Assembly (NCBI RefSeq): GCF_963921235.1
Contig: NC_086097.1
Span: 172,424,001 to 172,488,000, forward strand
From: Mobula hypostoma
Taxonomy: Eukaryota
Direction of reading: 5' to 3'
DNA: 64,000 nt
Positions 62,121-64,000 of the stretch are shown piece after piece. Every line of letters starts with the position of its first letter. The first letter of the stretch is position 1. The translations under genes and the position numbers were made by a program. The notes beneath the pieces were generated by a model. It was not told the DNA's origin and ran no database searches. It saw only the letters and a program-made list of their open reading frames with translations.

Positions 62121-62439
62121 TCTCAGCACAAGTTCTTTCTTTGGTTCATTCTTTGTTTTTTCTTACTTAGTGAGTGAGTTGGTTACAGTTATTTCTATGT
62201 CTTGAACATCTAATAAAGCAGCAGTAACCAGAAGATTCTCGTTCTTGATTTCCAAATATCATGTCCAGATACAATAGTGGGCTGAATATCCTGTTCTGGT
62301 TGCCATTTAGAATCACACACAACACCAAAATCTCTGGCCCAGCGTGTCCAACTGACTGTTAGGCACCCATCTCCACCATTCCTATGGTTCCACTTGCCTC
62401 CCTTCAACTCACTGTAAAGCCAACTCTCCCCAACCGCAC

Positions 62440-62672
62440 CCACCACCACCCGCATTCATCTCCCAATTCTCTTAGCAGTCTGCAGAGGGCAGCCTGCAAT
62501 GGCCAGTTAACCCACCAACCAGCACACTTTTGGGATTTGGGAAGAAACTGGAACACCTAGAGGAATTTCACATGGTCACAGGGAGCACAAACTCCATACT
62601 TACAGCACCCGAGGTCAGAAATGAACCCCAGTTGTTGGAGTTGTGAGTAAGCAGCTCTAATCACTGCACCAT
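62440..62672 (-). mobile_element. Degenerate V-SINE
   Basis: Minus strand GGGTTCATTTCTGACCTCGGGTGCTGT..TGGAGTTTGTGCTCCCTGTGACC..TTTCTTCCCAAATCCCAAA. Confidence 0.7.
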
Positions 62673-62809
62673 TCCTAAACAATGGTGAGGGTTGTCAGGT
62701 AACTGAGTCTTTTAGAGGTACAGGAGGTGGAGTATATTTTAACATTAACTTATCATGGTGCACAGATGTGGTGGTTTAGTCTCAGTCCTTTCTTTTTCTC
62801 TCTCAATCT

Positions 62810-64000
62810 TTTTTTTAAATTTCAGATTAATATACATAACAATATTAATGATACAAAGAGATCGGTATAACATTGATAATGGTTAACATATACAAACATA
62901 ATTCGAGTAAAATATATAATTCAAGCCTCCCAATCTTTAAGTAATTGAACATGAGAAAAGAATTTTATAAAGAATCCCCTAAATTAAAAAAAAACAAAAC
63001 AAAACTGGGATGTCCTATTCCTTCGGCTAAGAACATTATTTGTCATTAACTCCACTCCTCCATAGATAAACAAAAGATTGTTTATAGAAAGGGTTCTGAA
63101 AGGGACAACTTACATCATATGAAAATGTTGAATAAACGGTCTCCAGGTTTCTTCAAATTTAACTGAAGAATCAACCATACCACACCTAATTTTTTCCAGG
63201 TTTAAACATAATATAGTTTGAGAAAACCATTGAAAAGTAGTAGGAGGATCAGAATCTTTCCATTTAAGTAAGATGGATCTTTTAGCTATTAGTGTAACAA
63301 ATGCAATCAAACAGCAAGCCGAAAAGGATAAATGACCAACATCTGTCATTGGTGATCCAAAAATTGCAGTAATAGAGTGAGGTTTTAAATTAATATGCAA
63401 AACTGTTGAAATAATATCAAAAATATCTTTCCAATATTTATCTAAAAGAGGGCAATTTTAGCATTGCCAAATTTTAGATTTTATTATTGGGCAATTAATA
63501 TCCGATATTTAATGTTTTGGACGCAAGATTGGGATGAAACTCCTTGTCCACGATGGGTGAACCTGGAGGGTGAGTCTGTGCAGGGGTGCAGGGGTTCTCA
63601 TTAGTTTCTATTTTAGGAGCTTTGCCCCCCCCCCAACTTTTTGCATTAAACACACTGAATAAACAAATAATTAATCCAATAATTAAACATACAATACAAA
63701 TATGGTTTCAATTTCGCAAATTTTTTGGATTTTATCTAGTCCTATTATATCTAATTTTTTCTTTCAACCTTCTAGAATTGATCAAGTTTTTTTTCCTTAT
63801 GGAAAACAAGGGGAATAGCATGCTTTCGTGATTTATCCATGGATAATTGTTTCATGTCGTTTGAACAATTATCTAATAAATATAAGTTGCCTAGTTCACA
63901 TTTTTTTAGATATCTGCAGATTAGAAGTTTTTTGAATGATATTTTACCTAACTCTCCAATATTTCATGCAACTAATATTACAGAAAAAATTTGGGGTTTA
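62810..64000. mobile_element. L1-clade LINE with 5' inversion (runs off the window)
   Basis: 62810-63455 minus: CPLLDKYW..LIAKRSILLKWK..LNLEKI..W then 3'UTR and poly(A); 63456-64000 plus: LALPNFRFYYWA..IWFQFRK..FEQLSNKYKLP..FFRYLQIR. Confidence 0.85.

Overview
Eukaryotic, repeat-dominated non-genic DNA (intergenic or deep intronic). The repeat repertoire (CR1 with an SGNH-esterase ORF1, Rex/Babar, HE1/V-SINE-like SINEs, Neptune-type Penelope-like elements, Gypsy, I/Nimb, L1, Tx1, RTE-derived elements, Tigger and hAT remnants) points to a cartilaginous fish, probably a ray or skate; this is an inference. I can support no host exon, rRNA, tRNA or CRISPR array, and every recognisable ORF in the track is a transposon fragment. 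Highlights: (1) a young Penelope-like family whose 3' pLTR carries an intact minimal type-I hammerhead ribozyme (4 identical copies plus about 10 decayed ones), including a coding-free palindromic twin-pLTR insertion with an 11-bp TSD and captured filler; (2) an ~11-kb nest built on a Gypsy element lacking RT/RNase H; (3) a full-length CR1 inserted in a full-length Rex/Babar; (4) a 5'-inverted (twin-primed) L1 at the right edge; (5) a few repeat-free islands with TF-motif clusters. Family names come from motif recognition by eye, not database searches. Boundaries without a TSD are approximate.
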